A stretch of DNA of 64,000 nt, from assembly GCA_013416795.1 (NCBI GenBank), contig RQSC01000033.1, positions 92,583-156,582 on the forward strand. The letters are read 5' to 3'. The notes below the pieces were generated by a model. The model did not search any database. It was not told where the DNA came from and worked only from the letters and a program-made list of their open reading frames with translations. Positions 53,617 through 63,313 of this stretch are shown here, one piece after another. This DNA comes from Prasinococcaceae sp. CCMP 1430. Its lineage: Eukaryota; Plantae; Prasinodermophyta. Each line of letters opens with the position of its first letter. Positions within the stretch are counted from its first letter, which is position 1. Made by a program: the position numbers and the translations under genes.

Positions 53617-54522
53617 TCAGCGCCGCCCGCGCGCTGCCAGCCTCTCCTGCCGCTGCTGCTCGCGCAGGAGTTTGGCATCTAGCCTCGCCTGTTGCTGGGC
53701 GCGCTTGGCTTCTGCCTTAGCCTCCTCCTCAGCGGCCTTCTGTCGCGCGAGGTCCTGCTCACGCTGGTCTTTCACACCCTGCACGACGGATTTGCCCTGC
53801 GGGAGCGCAGGCAGCGGCGTCAACACACGTCCATTCGCGACGCATTTGCGTCGCAGGCGGTCGCACGCGCCGCGCAGCAGACGCAACGCAACAGCCACGC
53901 CGCGCCCGCGCATGTCTGCGCACGCACCACCTCGAGCACCGCCTTGCCGAACAGGCCCGCGCCCTGCTTCACGACCGGCATCGCCGCATCCACCCCCTCC
54001 TTGACGTACGGCGCGGCCGCCTTCGCTGCCTCGTAGCCGAGCTTGCCCGCCTGCTTCGCGCCCTCGAGCACGACCGGCGCCGCCACTTCGACCCCCTTCG
54101 ATGTGAGCTCGCCCGCCCTCCTGGCGCCCTCGAGGACGACGGGCGCCGCCGCCTCAGCCCCGGTGCGCACCAGCTTTGCCGACCCCTCGATCACGGGAGC
54201 GGCCTTTTCGGCGCCAGCCTTTACCGTCGGGGCAGCCGCGCCGGCGAGATCTTTCAGCTGCCGCGCGGCCTCCGCACTCTCGCCCTTCAAGTCGCTCACG
54301 TAGTTGCGGCCGAAGCTCACAAGGGAGTCGACCGGTGTGCCGGCGGCCGCCGCTGCGTCCGCCGCGAGCGCAGGTGGTGCCGGCGGCAGCGCCGTCGCTC
54401 CAACGCACAGCGCCGCCACGGCGGCCACCGCCGCAGGCGCCGATGGAGCGGGATCGCCCCCGTGCCACGCCCCCGCTCCCCTGTCCTGCGGCCGCGCGGT
54501 GAGCGGGCGGGCGGGCGCGGCA
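53617..54522 (-). CDS. Putative thylakoid-lumen/plastid protein with 11/22-residue amphipathic repeats; partial (5' in gap); intron about 53930/53927-53797
   Basis: A hydrophobic stretch ending PALA|ADA is bipartite-signal-like. Repeats AAPVVLEGAxxAGxL..G.E follow, with a charged helical last exon 53796-53617. Confidence 0.6.
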
Positions 54523-55188
54523 NNNNNNNNNNNNNNNNNNNNNNNNNNNNNNNNNNNNNNNNNNNNNNNNNNNNNNNNNNNNNNNNNNNNNNNNNNNNNN
54601 NNNNNNNNNNNNNNNNNNNNNNNNNNNNNNNNNNNNNNNNNNNNNNNNNNNNNNNNNNNNNNNNNNNNNNNNNNNNNNNNNNNNNNNNNNNNNNNNNNNN
54701 NNNNNNNNNNNNNNNNNNNNNNNNNNNNNNNNNNNNNNNNNNNNNNNNNNNNNNNNNNNNNNNNNNNNNNNNNNNNNNNNNNNNNNNNNNNNNNNNNNNN
54801 NNNNNNNNNNNNNNNNNNNNNNNNNNNNNNNNNNNNNNNNNNNNNNNNNNNNNNNNNNNNNNNNNNNNNNNNNNNNNNNNNNNNNNNNNNNNNNNNNNNN
54901 NNNNNNNNNNNNNNNNNNNNNNNNNNNNNNNNNNNNNNNNNNNNNNNNNNNNNNNNNNNNNNNNNNNNNNNNNNNNNNNNNNNNNNNNNNNNNNNNNNNN
55001 NNNNNNNNNNNNNNNNNNNNNNNNNNNNNNNNNNNNNNNNNNNNNNNNNNNNNNNNNNNNNNNNNNNNNNNNNNNNNNNNNNNNNNNNNNNNNNNNNNNN
55101 NNNNNNNNNNNNNNNNNNNNNNNNNNNNNNNNNNNNNNNNCCGCGCCGGCCGCCGCCCGCCCGCCTCCCCCGCGGCCGCCACGCGCGC

Positions 55189-55255
55189 TCACCACGGCAG
55201 CACGTCGCCGTTGAACTTGTGGAAGCTGCCGTTGTCCTCGGGGGTGAGGCGAGAC
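55189..55255 (-). other. Orphan C-terminal fragment of a CsgA/C-factor-like short-chain dehydrogenase
   Basis: RLTPEDNGSFHKFNGDVLPW* is the typical SDR C-terminus (LT.ED.G.F....G..LPW*). It abuts the AlaRS start with no room for upstream exons. Confidence 0.5.
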
Positions 55256-55259
55256 AGAG

Positions 55260-58200
55260 ATGATGGCGATGCGCCTCGAGGGCGGCGCCGGCGACGCGTG
55301 CGCGGCCGCGGCGCTCGTGGCCGCGGCGATGAACGGCCTCAGCCTCGAGGACGCGACCGCCACGGGGGCAGCGTGCGCGCTCGTCGCGGGCGGCGAGACC
55401 CTCGCTGAGGGATCTGCGGCGGCAGCCAAGTACGTCGCCGGCGCGGTGGCCAGCGAGTTCTACCCCACGGGCCCCAAGCGCGCCGAGGTCGACGCGTGGG
55501 TCGACGCGGCGGCTGCGGGCGACGCCGCGGCGCTGCTCGCCAAGGCCGAGGCCGCCCTCGCGGAGCGCACGTACCTGGTGGGCGACTGCGCGACGCTCGC
55601 CGACGCCGCGGTCGCGGCGGCGCTTTCGGGCGCCAACATGGGCGCCGCCCCCAGCGCCGCGCGCTGGCTCAACACTGTCTCGCCGCAGCTCGAGACCGCG
55701 CGCGCGGGCGCCGCTGCGGCGGTCGACGACAAGGGCTGGCCCGCCAAGCGCGTGCGCGACACCTTCGTGGACTTCTTCGCCGAGAAGAAGGGCCACACCA
55801 GGTGGCCGTCGTCGCCGGTGGTGCCCCTGGACGACCCGACGCTGCTGTTCACGAACGCCGGCATGAACCAGTACAAGCCGATCTTCCTCGGCAAGGCCGA
55901 CCCCAAGACCGACCTGGCGAAGCTCACGCGCGCCACCAACACGCAGAAGTGCATCCGCGCCGGCGGCAAGCACAATGACCTCGATGACGTGGGCAAGGAC
56001 ACGTACCACCACACGTTCTTCGAGATGCTCGGCAACTGGTCGTTCGGCGACTACTTCAAGCGCGAGGCCATCACGTGGGCGTGGGAGCTGCTCACCGAGG
56101 TGTACAAGCTCGACCCGGAGCGCCTGTACGCGACGTACTTCGGCGGCGACGAGTCGCAGGGCCTGCCGCCCGATGATGAGGCCAAGGCCATCTGGCTCGA
56201 GGTGCTGCCGGCGCACCGCGTGATGCCCTTCGACTGCAAGGACAACTTCTGGGAGATGGGTGACGTCGGCCCGTGCGGCCCGTGCACGGAGATCCACTAC
56301 GACCGCATCGGTGGCCGCCAGGTGCCCGAGCTGGTCAACATGGACGACCCGGACCTCATCGAGATCTGGAACAACGTGTTCATCCAGTTCAACCGCGAGA
56401 AGGACGGCGAGCTGCGCCCGCTGCCCGCAAAGCACGTCGACACGGGCATGGGCTTCGAGCGCATCACCTCCATCCTGCAGGACAAGCCCTCCAACTACGA
56501 CACCGACGTGTTCACGCCGCTGTTCGATGCCATCCAGGCGTCGACTGGCGCGCGCGCGTACGCGGGCAAGCTCGGCGACGAGGACGTGGGCAACGTGGAC
56601 ATGGCGTACCGCGTGGTGGCGGACCACATCCGCACGATCACCTTCGCCATCGCCGACGGCGCGCGCCCCGGCAGCGACGGCCGCAACTACGTGCTGCGCC
56701 GCGTGCTGCGCCGCGCCGTGCGCTACGGCCGCGAGGTGCTGAACGCGAAGGAGGGCTTCTTCTCCAAGCTGGTGGGCACCGTGGTGGCCACGATGGGCGA
56801 TGTTTTCCCAGAGATCGTTCGGGAGCAGGCCAACATCGAGGAGATCATCGCCGAGGAGGAGGCCTCGTTCGGGCGCACGCTCGTCAAGGGCTGCGAGCGC
56901 TTCGCCTCGGTTGCCAAGAGCGTCAAGGCCGCGGGCGGCGAGCTGGTGTCGGGCGAGGACGCCTTCCTGCTCTGGGACACCTTCGGGTTCCCGGTGGACC
57001 TCACCCAGCTCATGGCCGAGGAGAAGGGGCTGAACGTGGACATGGATGGCTTCAATGCGACCATGGAGGCGGCCAAGGAGCGCTCGCGCGCCGCGCGCAA
57101 GGCGGGCGCCGTCGAGCTCAAGATGGAGGCCGAGGCCACCGCGGCGCTCAAGGACATGGGCGTGCTGCCGACGGACGACGCGCACAAGTACGGCGCCACC
57201 GGCAAGGTCGGAGGCGTGGTCAAGGCGGTGTACACCACGAAGGGCTTCGTCAAGTCCACCGCGGAGGTGGAGGAGGGCGCACCGCTCGGCCTCGTGCTCG
57301 ACAAGACCGCGTGCTACGCCGAGCAGGGTGGTCAGATCTTCGACACGGGCGCCATCAAGGCGCCCGGTGGCGCCGAGTTCACCGTGGTCGACGTGCAGGT
57401 GGCGGCGGGCTTTGTGCTGCACATTGGCAGCGTCAAGGGCGCTTTCGCCGTCGGCGACGCCGTGGAGGTCGAGGTGGACATGGAGCGCCGCGCGCTGGTG
57501 ACGCCCAACCACACCTGCACGCATTCGCTCAACTTGGCGCTGCGTGAGGTGCTGGGTGACCACGTTCAGCAGAAGGGATCGCTCGTGACCGCGGAGCGCC
57601 TGCGCTTCGACTTCAACCACCCCAAGCCCGTGACGCCCGCGGAGCTGGAGAAGGTCGAGGGGATCGTGCGCAAGGCCATCGCCGACAAGCTTCCGGTGTA
57701 CGCCAAGGAGACGCCGCTGGAGGACGCCAGGGCCATCAGCGGCCTGCGCGCGGTCTTCGGCGAGACCTACCCCGACCCCGTCCGCGTGGTGTCGGTGGGT
57801 GCGTCCGTGGAGGAGCTGCTGGCGGCGCCGGGCGACAGCAAGTGGACGCAGCTGTCCATCGAGTTCTGCGGCGGAACGCATCTGAGCAACACATCGGAGG
57901 CCGAGGCCTTCGCCCTCGTGCAGGAGGAGGGCACGGCCAAGGGCATCCGCCGCGTGCTGGCGGTGACGCGCGACGCCGCCAAGAAGGCGATCGCCACGGG
58001 CGAGGAGTTCACCAAGCGCGTGGAGGCCGCCAAGAAGCTCGCGCCCAAGGAGATGGACAAGGAGAGCACGGCCATCCAGCGCGAGCTGCCCGAGGCCGTC
58101 ATGCCGTGCGCGGCGCGCGCGGTCGTCGTGGCGGGCGTCGCCGAGCTCAAGAAGAAGCTCATCGCCGCGTCCAAGAAGGCCGGCGGCGCCAACAAGGAGA

Positions 58201-58574
58201 AGGCGATCGGCGAGGTTCGCGACGCGGTGGCCGCCGCCGGCGGCGCGCCCTTCGTGGTCGTGCGGTCGGAGATCGGCCTCGAGACCGCCGCATTCAAGGA
58301 GGCGGTGGACGCCGAGGGCGTCAAGAAGGGCGTGGCCGTCATGATCGTGTCGTCGGACGCCGCCAAGGGGCGAGTGCTCGCGTACTGCGGCGTGCCCAAG
58401 GACGTCGAGGCCAAGGGCCTCGACGCGCTCGGCTGGCTCAAGGCCACGTGCGTGCCCATCGGCGGCAAGGGCGGCGGTGGCAAGAACGGCGTCGCGCAGG
58501 GGCAGGGCGGCAACATCGATGGCGCTGCCGAGGCCGCCGCCGAGGCCACCAAGTACGCGCAGGGCAAGCTGTAA
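55260..58574 (+). CDS. ALARS: Alanyl-tRNA synthetase with N-terminal GST-C-like domain, intronless
   Basis: WPAKRVRDTFVDFF, DDPTLLFTNAGMNQYKPIF, QKCIRAGGKHNDLDDVGKDTYHHTFFEMLGNWSFGDYFK, editing HTCTH and EFCGGTH, C-Ala GGKGGG. The N-terminus EVDAWVD..L...L.ERTYLVG...TLAD...ARWLNTV is GST-C-like. Confidence 0.98.
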   Translation: MMAMRLEGGAGDACAAAALVAAAMNGLSLEDATATGAACALVAGGETLAEGSAAAAKYVAGAVASEFYPTGPKRAEVDAWVDAAAAGDAAALLAKAEAALAERTYLVGDCATLADAAVAAALSGANMGAAPSAARWLNTVSPQLETARAGAAAAVDDKGWPAKRVRDTFVDFFAEKKGHTRWPSSPVVPLDDPTLLFTNAGMNQYKPIFLGKADPKTDLAKLTRATNTQKCIRAGGKHNDLDDVGKDTYHHTFFEMLGNWSFGDYFKREAITWAWELLTEVYKLDPERLYATYFGGDESQGLPPDDEAKAIWLEVLPAHRVMPFDCKDNFWEMGDVGPCGPCTEIHYDRIGGRQVPELVNMDDPDLIEIWNNVFIQFNREKDGELRPLPAKHVDTGMGFERITSILQDKPSNYDTDVFTPLFDAIQASTGARAYAGKLGDEDVGNVDMAYRVVADHIRTITFAIADGARPGSDGRNYVLRRVLRRAVRYGREVLNAKEGFFSKLVGTVVATMGDVFPEIVREQANIEEIIAEEEASFGRTLVKGCERFASVAKSVKAAGGELVSGEDAFLLWDTFGFPVDLTQLMAEEKGLNVDMDGFNATMEAAKERSRAARKAGAVELKMEAEATAALKDMGVLPTDDAHKYGATGKVGGVVKAVYTTKGFVKSTAEVEEGAPLGLVLDKTACYAEQGGQIFDTGAIKAPGGAEFTVVDVQVAAGFVLHIGSVKGAFAVGDAVEVEVDMERRALVTPNHTCTHSLNLALREVLGDHVQQKGSLVTAERLRFDFNHPKPVTPAELEKVEGIVRKAIADKLPVYAKETPLEDARAISGLRAVFGETYPDPVRVVSVGASVEELLAAPGDSKWTQLSIEFCGGTHLSNTSEAEAFALVQEEGTAKGIRRVLAVTRDAAKKAIATGEEFTKRVEAAKKLAPKEMDKESTAIQRELPEAVMPCAARAVVVAGVAELKKKLIAASKKAGGANKEKAIGEVRDAVAAAGGAPFVVVRSEIGLETAAFKEAVDAEGVKKGVAVMIVSSDAAKGRVLAYCGVPKDVEAKGLDALGWLKATCVPIGGKGGGGKNGVAQGQGGNIDGAAEAAAEATKYAQGKL

Positions 58575-59467
58575 GCCCGGCGCGTGGTGTGCGTGACCAG
58601 GCCGGACGCGCGCGGCGGGCAAGTGCGCTGCTGTAAGTTATCTTCGGGAGCACCTCGGCTGCGACGCGGCAATCGCGCCCGCCCGCCATCGCCCCGCGCG
58701 CGCGCGCGCGTGCGCGCCGCAGCATGCGGCGGGGCTCAAAAGGCAGAAACGGGAGACCTAGCATTCATCATACGCATGTGCGTTCGGCGCACGGTGTGCG
58801 CCGCGATGCGGCCGATGGTGGTCGATTCGATTGATTTTTGGTATTGGCACGCACATGGGGGCGTGGGCCCCTGGGCGGAGTGGAGCGCGCGCAAAGTGCG
58901 CGGGAGCAGGCGCGGATTTGCCATGCGGAAGGACCGCAGCAGGATTGGGCGCCGCAGATATGCGAAAGCGAAACGACGTCACGCGCGCCCTCCCCAAACG
59001 TTGTGCACTCATACTATTCGGCGCGCCCGATTTCTCGACGAAGGGATGGGGCGACTCGCGCCCCTCCGTTGGTTGATATATTTCTCCCCCTCTCGGAGCG
59101 CGCGCCGGGCGAGGGCGCGCTCGGCGTGGTTCGATTCGGTGGCGAAACTATGGGCCGATTATGATTCCACGGAGAGCGCGGGAGCGAAAGCGGCGCGCCC
59201 GTAAAGTGCGAGGTGCGCCCGCACCAGCGATTGCGCGGCCGCGCGAGCGCGAAACGGCCGTGGGAGCATCTGCGGGGCGCGCGCTCGTTGGTGGGAGCGC
59301 GCGCCCGCGCGGCGCGCGCGTGTTGCGAGGCCGCGCCGCGGGGGCGAGGGCTGGGCGGGGTGTTGCGTTGCGGGCGGGGTGTGGGGTGTTGGGGGGGGGA
59401 GGGGGGTGGCGGCCCGGCGGGGTGCCACAGCGCGGCCATCCCGCGCGCACACTCGACCGAGCGCGCG

Positions 59468-62400
59468 ATGGACGACGAAGCATCGGTGAGCGGCGCCGGG
59501 CGCGGCGCGGGCGCTCGCGGGCGCCGGCGCGCGCGCGCGCCGCGGGTGAGCAGCGGGCCTGCGCGAGTGACTGCGCGCAATTTTTTTTTTTCGACGCCGG
59601 CTACACCTGTGGCCGCCTGTTGGCGAATCTGACTGCGTGAGGCGCGTGTCGTGCGTACGCTGACTTCCCCGCCTCCTGGCCCCACCCTCGCGTGCGCTTG
59701 GCGCAGCCCCCGGTCCCTCAGATGGGCCCTGACTCTCCGCTTCCTCGGACTACTCCAACCGAGGGCCTGGTGCCGTCGCTCAGCGGCGGCAGCGAGCCCG
59801 TGGCCATGAAGGCCAACGAGCTCAGCGAGGACGGGAAGCGCGGTTGGAAGCGCGGCGCAGATGCCAGCCCCCCAGGCGCCGACGCCGAGACGCGCCTGCC
59901 CGTCAACAAGCGCAAGTGCACGCACGAGGGCGAGGGTGAGGACGAGCACGCCAAGGAGCGCTCCTCCGCCGCGGTCCGTGGGCTTCTCAAGGTACGCGCC
60001 TTGGTCGAGATGGCAATACGTGAATGCGCCCTTGCTCGCTTCACCGCAGCGCATTTGGCGGCGATGGGGGCGGCTTTCCAGCTGTGCACCACGCACGCGG
60101 TGTCGCTTCCTCAAGACTGCTCGCGCTCGCGTGTCGCCTGGGAGGGGTAGCGAATGAGCCAGGGGGGAGGAGAACACGCGCCGCCGCCGCGCCCAGGCGC
60201 GCTCTTCGCGCGGCGCGTTTCTTTGGTCTCCCGCAGCAAAGTGCGCGACGCCGCGCGCGACGCCGCGGCGGGGTGCGCCGCATCGCGGCGGCCGGCTCGG
60301 CCGCCGCGTCGGCCGACGAGCTCGCGGCGCTCCTGGGGGGATCCCTCTCCATCAAGGAGGGCGGCGCACCCAACGCCGCCGCGGAGGCCGCCGCCCCGAC
60401 ACCCGCCGCCGGCCCCGCCGCGAGGGACGATGCCGACCGGAGGGCCTCCCGACGACGAGATGCGCTCGACCCGGACGACCTCGCTGGTCTGGTGGAGAGC
60501 GCGCTGTCGCTCTCGGGGCGCCAGGCGTCGGCGCCCGCGGGGCCGGTCAAGTCGAAGGCGCCCGCGCGCCTCACGGACTCGCACGGCTCGCTGGACGCCC
60601 TGCTGGGCGCGCCGCGGGCGGCGCCCAGGCCGCCGCGGGCGCGCCAGGAGGCGGCGTCCGGCGCATCAGCAGGCATCCCTCGCCGCGGGGTTCGCGCGCC
60701 GCTCGAGTCCCTGAGCTCCAACACGGCCGAGGCGAACCAGCGCGAAACGAGCAGCAGTACCAGCAGCACCACCACAACTACCACCACCACCACAACCACC
60801 ACCACCACCACCGCCACCACCACCACCAGCGGCGCCCCTCGCCGCCAGACGCAGTCCGCGCCGGGCGCGCTGCCGGCGCCGGAGGACCCGCTGCGCGACA
60901 CGGCCCAATCGCGCCAACTCGCGCCATCGTCATCTTCAGACGCGACCCTCTCCCCACACCTGCGCTCGCTCCTGAAACACGCCGACCCGAGCGCGCCGCT
61001 CACCGACGACGGCGACGACAGGCGCACGCTCTACCCGTACCAGCAGTCCGCCGTGCTCTCCATCCTCAAGCAGGAGCGCGTCATTCTGGCGTACGACATG
61101 GGGCTGGGCAAGACGCTCATCGCGCTGGTGGCGGCGCGCGCGTGGGCGCGGTCCCGAGGCGCCAAGGTGGTGGTGCTGGCCCCAAAGAGCGTGTTGGAGA
61201 GCTGGCGCCGCGAGGCGGCCGCAGCGGACGTCGCCATCGACGCGCACTCGTGGGCGAAGGTGCCCTCCGTGCAGCAGCTCGACCTCGCCCCCGACAACAG
61301 CAGCAACGACAGCAGCAAAAACAGCAGCAAAAACAGCAGCAAAAACAGCAGCAACGACAACAGCAGCAACAAACCCCGGCCCTTCGTGCTGCTGGCGGAC
61401 GAGGCGCACTACATGCAGTCGCCCAAGGCCAAGCGCACCCGGGACGCGCTGGCGCTGGCGCTCGCGCCGTCGTGCGTCGCCTGCGTGCTCATCACGGGCA
61501 CGCCCATGCGCAACGGCGACGTGGCCAACCTCGTGCCGCTGCTGCAGGCCGCGCGCGAGCGCCGCCTCGCGGACGACCCCAAGGGCTTCGTCAGGCGCTA
61601 CAAGGGGGACCTCGCGGCGCTGCACCGCGCCACGCGCCACGTGGTCCTGCGCCGCACCAAGGCGCAGTGCGTGGACCTGCCGCCCAAGACCCGCGTGGTG
61701 CTGCGCGCCGACCCGTCGGCCGCCGAGCGCTCGGCGTACGCCCGGGCGGTGGCGGAGGCGCGCCGTCGGCGCGGGGGGGAGGGCGGGCGCGCAGCGACCC
61801 AGCGCGGGTGGTGGGGGCGACGAGAGAGCAAGGGGGGGGGCATGCGGGCGAGCGCGGCTGACGCGCGCGGCGCGCTTGGGCGCCTGCTCGCCAAAGGAGC
61901 CTGAAGTGCTGGGCCGCGTGCGCGAGATGCTTCTGAGCCAGCAGATCGAGTTCACGTGGCAGCTGGCGGAGATGCACCGACTGGTGACGCGCCAACGCGT
62001 GATCGTGGGCGGCGGCACGCGAGAGGAGGCCGACCGCGCCGCGGCGGCCAAGCTCGCAGCTGTGGCCAGGGCGAAGGCAATCGGCGAGGGTGACGGCGCG
62101 GGTGGCGAGGCTGGGGCGCGCGCACACGGCATGCAGCTGCCGCCGCGGCTCGTGCTCAACGCGAACGGCGAGAACGCGAGTGGGCCTGAGACTCGCAACG
62201 GTGGGCTGGATGACATGATGGTCGCCTGGCCGCCGTCCAAAGCCATGGCGGACAACTCGTTGCGCATGAGTGCCCGCATGGCTGCGATGGCCCGAGCTGC
62301 GGCGACGTCCGCCCCACACGGGAGCGCCGTGTCGGGCGCGCCGAGGCGGCAGGCGGCCGCGACGGCCAAGGAGATGACGGAGTCGTTCTCGCTTCCGCCG

Positions 62401-62883
62401 CGCGTGCGCCTCGTCGAGACGAGCACAACGCATCTCATCGAGCGCGTGGCTGAGGGGCAAGAGGGAGAGCTGGCCAAGCCATCGACGGCGTCGAAGATGA
62501 AGCAGCGGGGCGGGCGCAAGGGTGCAGGCAAGGGCGGGAAGAAGGGTGGGGGCGTGCCGACCACTGCCCCGCATGGAGAGGATACCCAGACTCCCATAGC
62601 GGGTGTGCCTGTCGCCAACCCTCTGTTGTTGGCCCAGCAGGCGCAGGCGCAGGCCGCTGCGGCGCTGGCCGCGCCGACGGCGGCCGCACAGCAGGTGCAG
62701 GCGCAGCAGCAGCAGCTTGCAGCGATGCGGGCCCACTTAGCAGCGATGCAGGCGCAGGTGCAGGTGCCGCCGCAGCTAGGGGTGCAAGGCCAGCACCTGC
62801 CGCAGCAGCAGGCGCAGCAACTGGCGGCGATGCAGCAGCTCGGGGCGTTGCAGCAAATGGCAGCGATGCTGCAGTTCGACCCG

Positions 62884-62921
<38 letters not shown>

Positions 62922-63137
62922 GCAACAGCAGTCACCTGCGCCCAAACCCGGAACACAACCCACCACGCCGCCGATGGCCATGGCTGCCGCCAGCCAGTTC
63001 GGGATGGTCCCGAACCCGCAGCTGCAGCTCCTGGGAATGGGTCTGAACCCTTTTCTGGGTGCGGGCATGGGCATGGCGTCAGGCGCGCAGCAGGTGCCAA
63101 GCTTTCCCAACGCGTTCGCACCCGCCGCGGCCCTCGC

Positions 63138-63173
<36 letters not shown>

Positions 63174-63216
63174 GCAGAATCAGAGCGCGTTCGCTCCGTA
63201 CCCCCCACAAAGCTGA
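59468..63216 (+). CDS. ELF3-like protein with Q-rich prion-like C-terminus; proposed exons 59468-59485, 59707(or 59722)-59991 and 61897-63216
   Basis: Canonical sites GTGAGC (59486), CTGAC..CAG (59706/59721), GTACGC (59992) and CTGAC..AAG (61896), all phase 0. The spliced product SSAAVRGLLK|EPEVLGRVREMLLSQQIEFTWQLAEMHRLVTRQRVI matches the ELF3 block S.D.V.GIL....FWRARKAI.NQQRVF..QLFELHRLIKVQ.LI. Confidence 0.65.
60237..61904 (+). CDS. SNF2-family helicase N-terminal ATPase lobe only (bacterial/cyanobacterial-like), no own start codon, nested in the proposed ELF3-like intron 2
   Basis: LYPYQQ (Q motif), ILAYDMGLGKT (I), VVLAPKSV..SW (Ia), LLADEAHYMQS (II), LITGTPMRN (III), VLRRTK..CVDLPPK. 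No RecA2 lobe motifs IV-VI before the stop. Confidence 0.8.
   Translation, partial: QSARRRARRRGGVRRIAAAGSAAASADELAALLGGSLSIKEGGAPNAAAEAAAPTPAAGPAARDDADRRASRRRDALDPDDLAGLVESALSLSGRQASAPAGPVKSKAPARLTDSHGSLDALLGAPRAAPRPPRARQEAASGASAGIPRRGVRAPLESLSSNTAEANQRETSSSTSSTTTTTTTTTTTTTTTATTTTSGAPRRQTQSAPGALPAPEDPLRDTAQSRQLAPSSSSDATLSPHLRSLLKHADPSAPLTDDGDDRRTLYPYQQSAVLSILKQERVILAYDMGLGKTLIALVAARAWARSRGAKVVVLAPKSVLESWRREAAAADVAIDAHSWAKVPSVQQLDLAPDNSSNDSSKNSSKNSSKNSSNDNSSNKPRPFVLLADEAHYMQSPKAKRTRDALALALAPSCVACVLITGTPMRNGDVANLVPLLQAARERRLADDPKGFVRRYKGDLAALHRATRHVVLRRTKAQCVDLPPKTRVVLRADPSAAERSAYARAVAEARRRRGGEGGRAATQRGWWGRRESKGGGMRASAADARGALGRLLAKGA
60769..60828. repeat. (ACC)n trinucleotide repeat encoding poly-Thr
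   Basis: ACC/ACA/ACT run inside the SNF2-like ORF. Confidence 0.9.
61305..61372. repeat. 12-bp (AACAGCAGCAAA-like) tandem repeat encoding NSSK/NSSND
   Basis: Repeat expansion inserted between helicase motifs Ia and II. Confidence 0.85.
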
Positions 63217-63313
63217 GCGCGTGCGTCGTTGTGAGGTGTGGTCGCACCAACGACTGCACCTATGTCAAAGCAAGAGATTTACTTCTGCCCACCCGCGCGA
63301 TTGGCCGCCTCGG

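Noticed and set aside
53820-58622. 1600-aa minus-strand ORF
   Set aside because: Antisense shadow of AlaRS read through an N-gap into the unrelated lumenal-protein exon.
58824-59138. Two GATTCG (LUX-binding-like) hexamers upstream of the ELF3-like gene
   Set aside because: The hexamer also occurs at unrelated sites (about 2950, 27849, 30264), so it cannot be separated from chance.
60024-60236. ORF-track N-terminus of the SNF2-like ORF
   Set aside because: Starts at a non-ATG codon inside intron-like sequence, so it is not a credible start.
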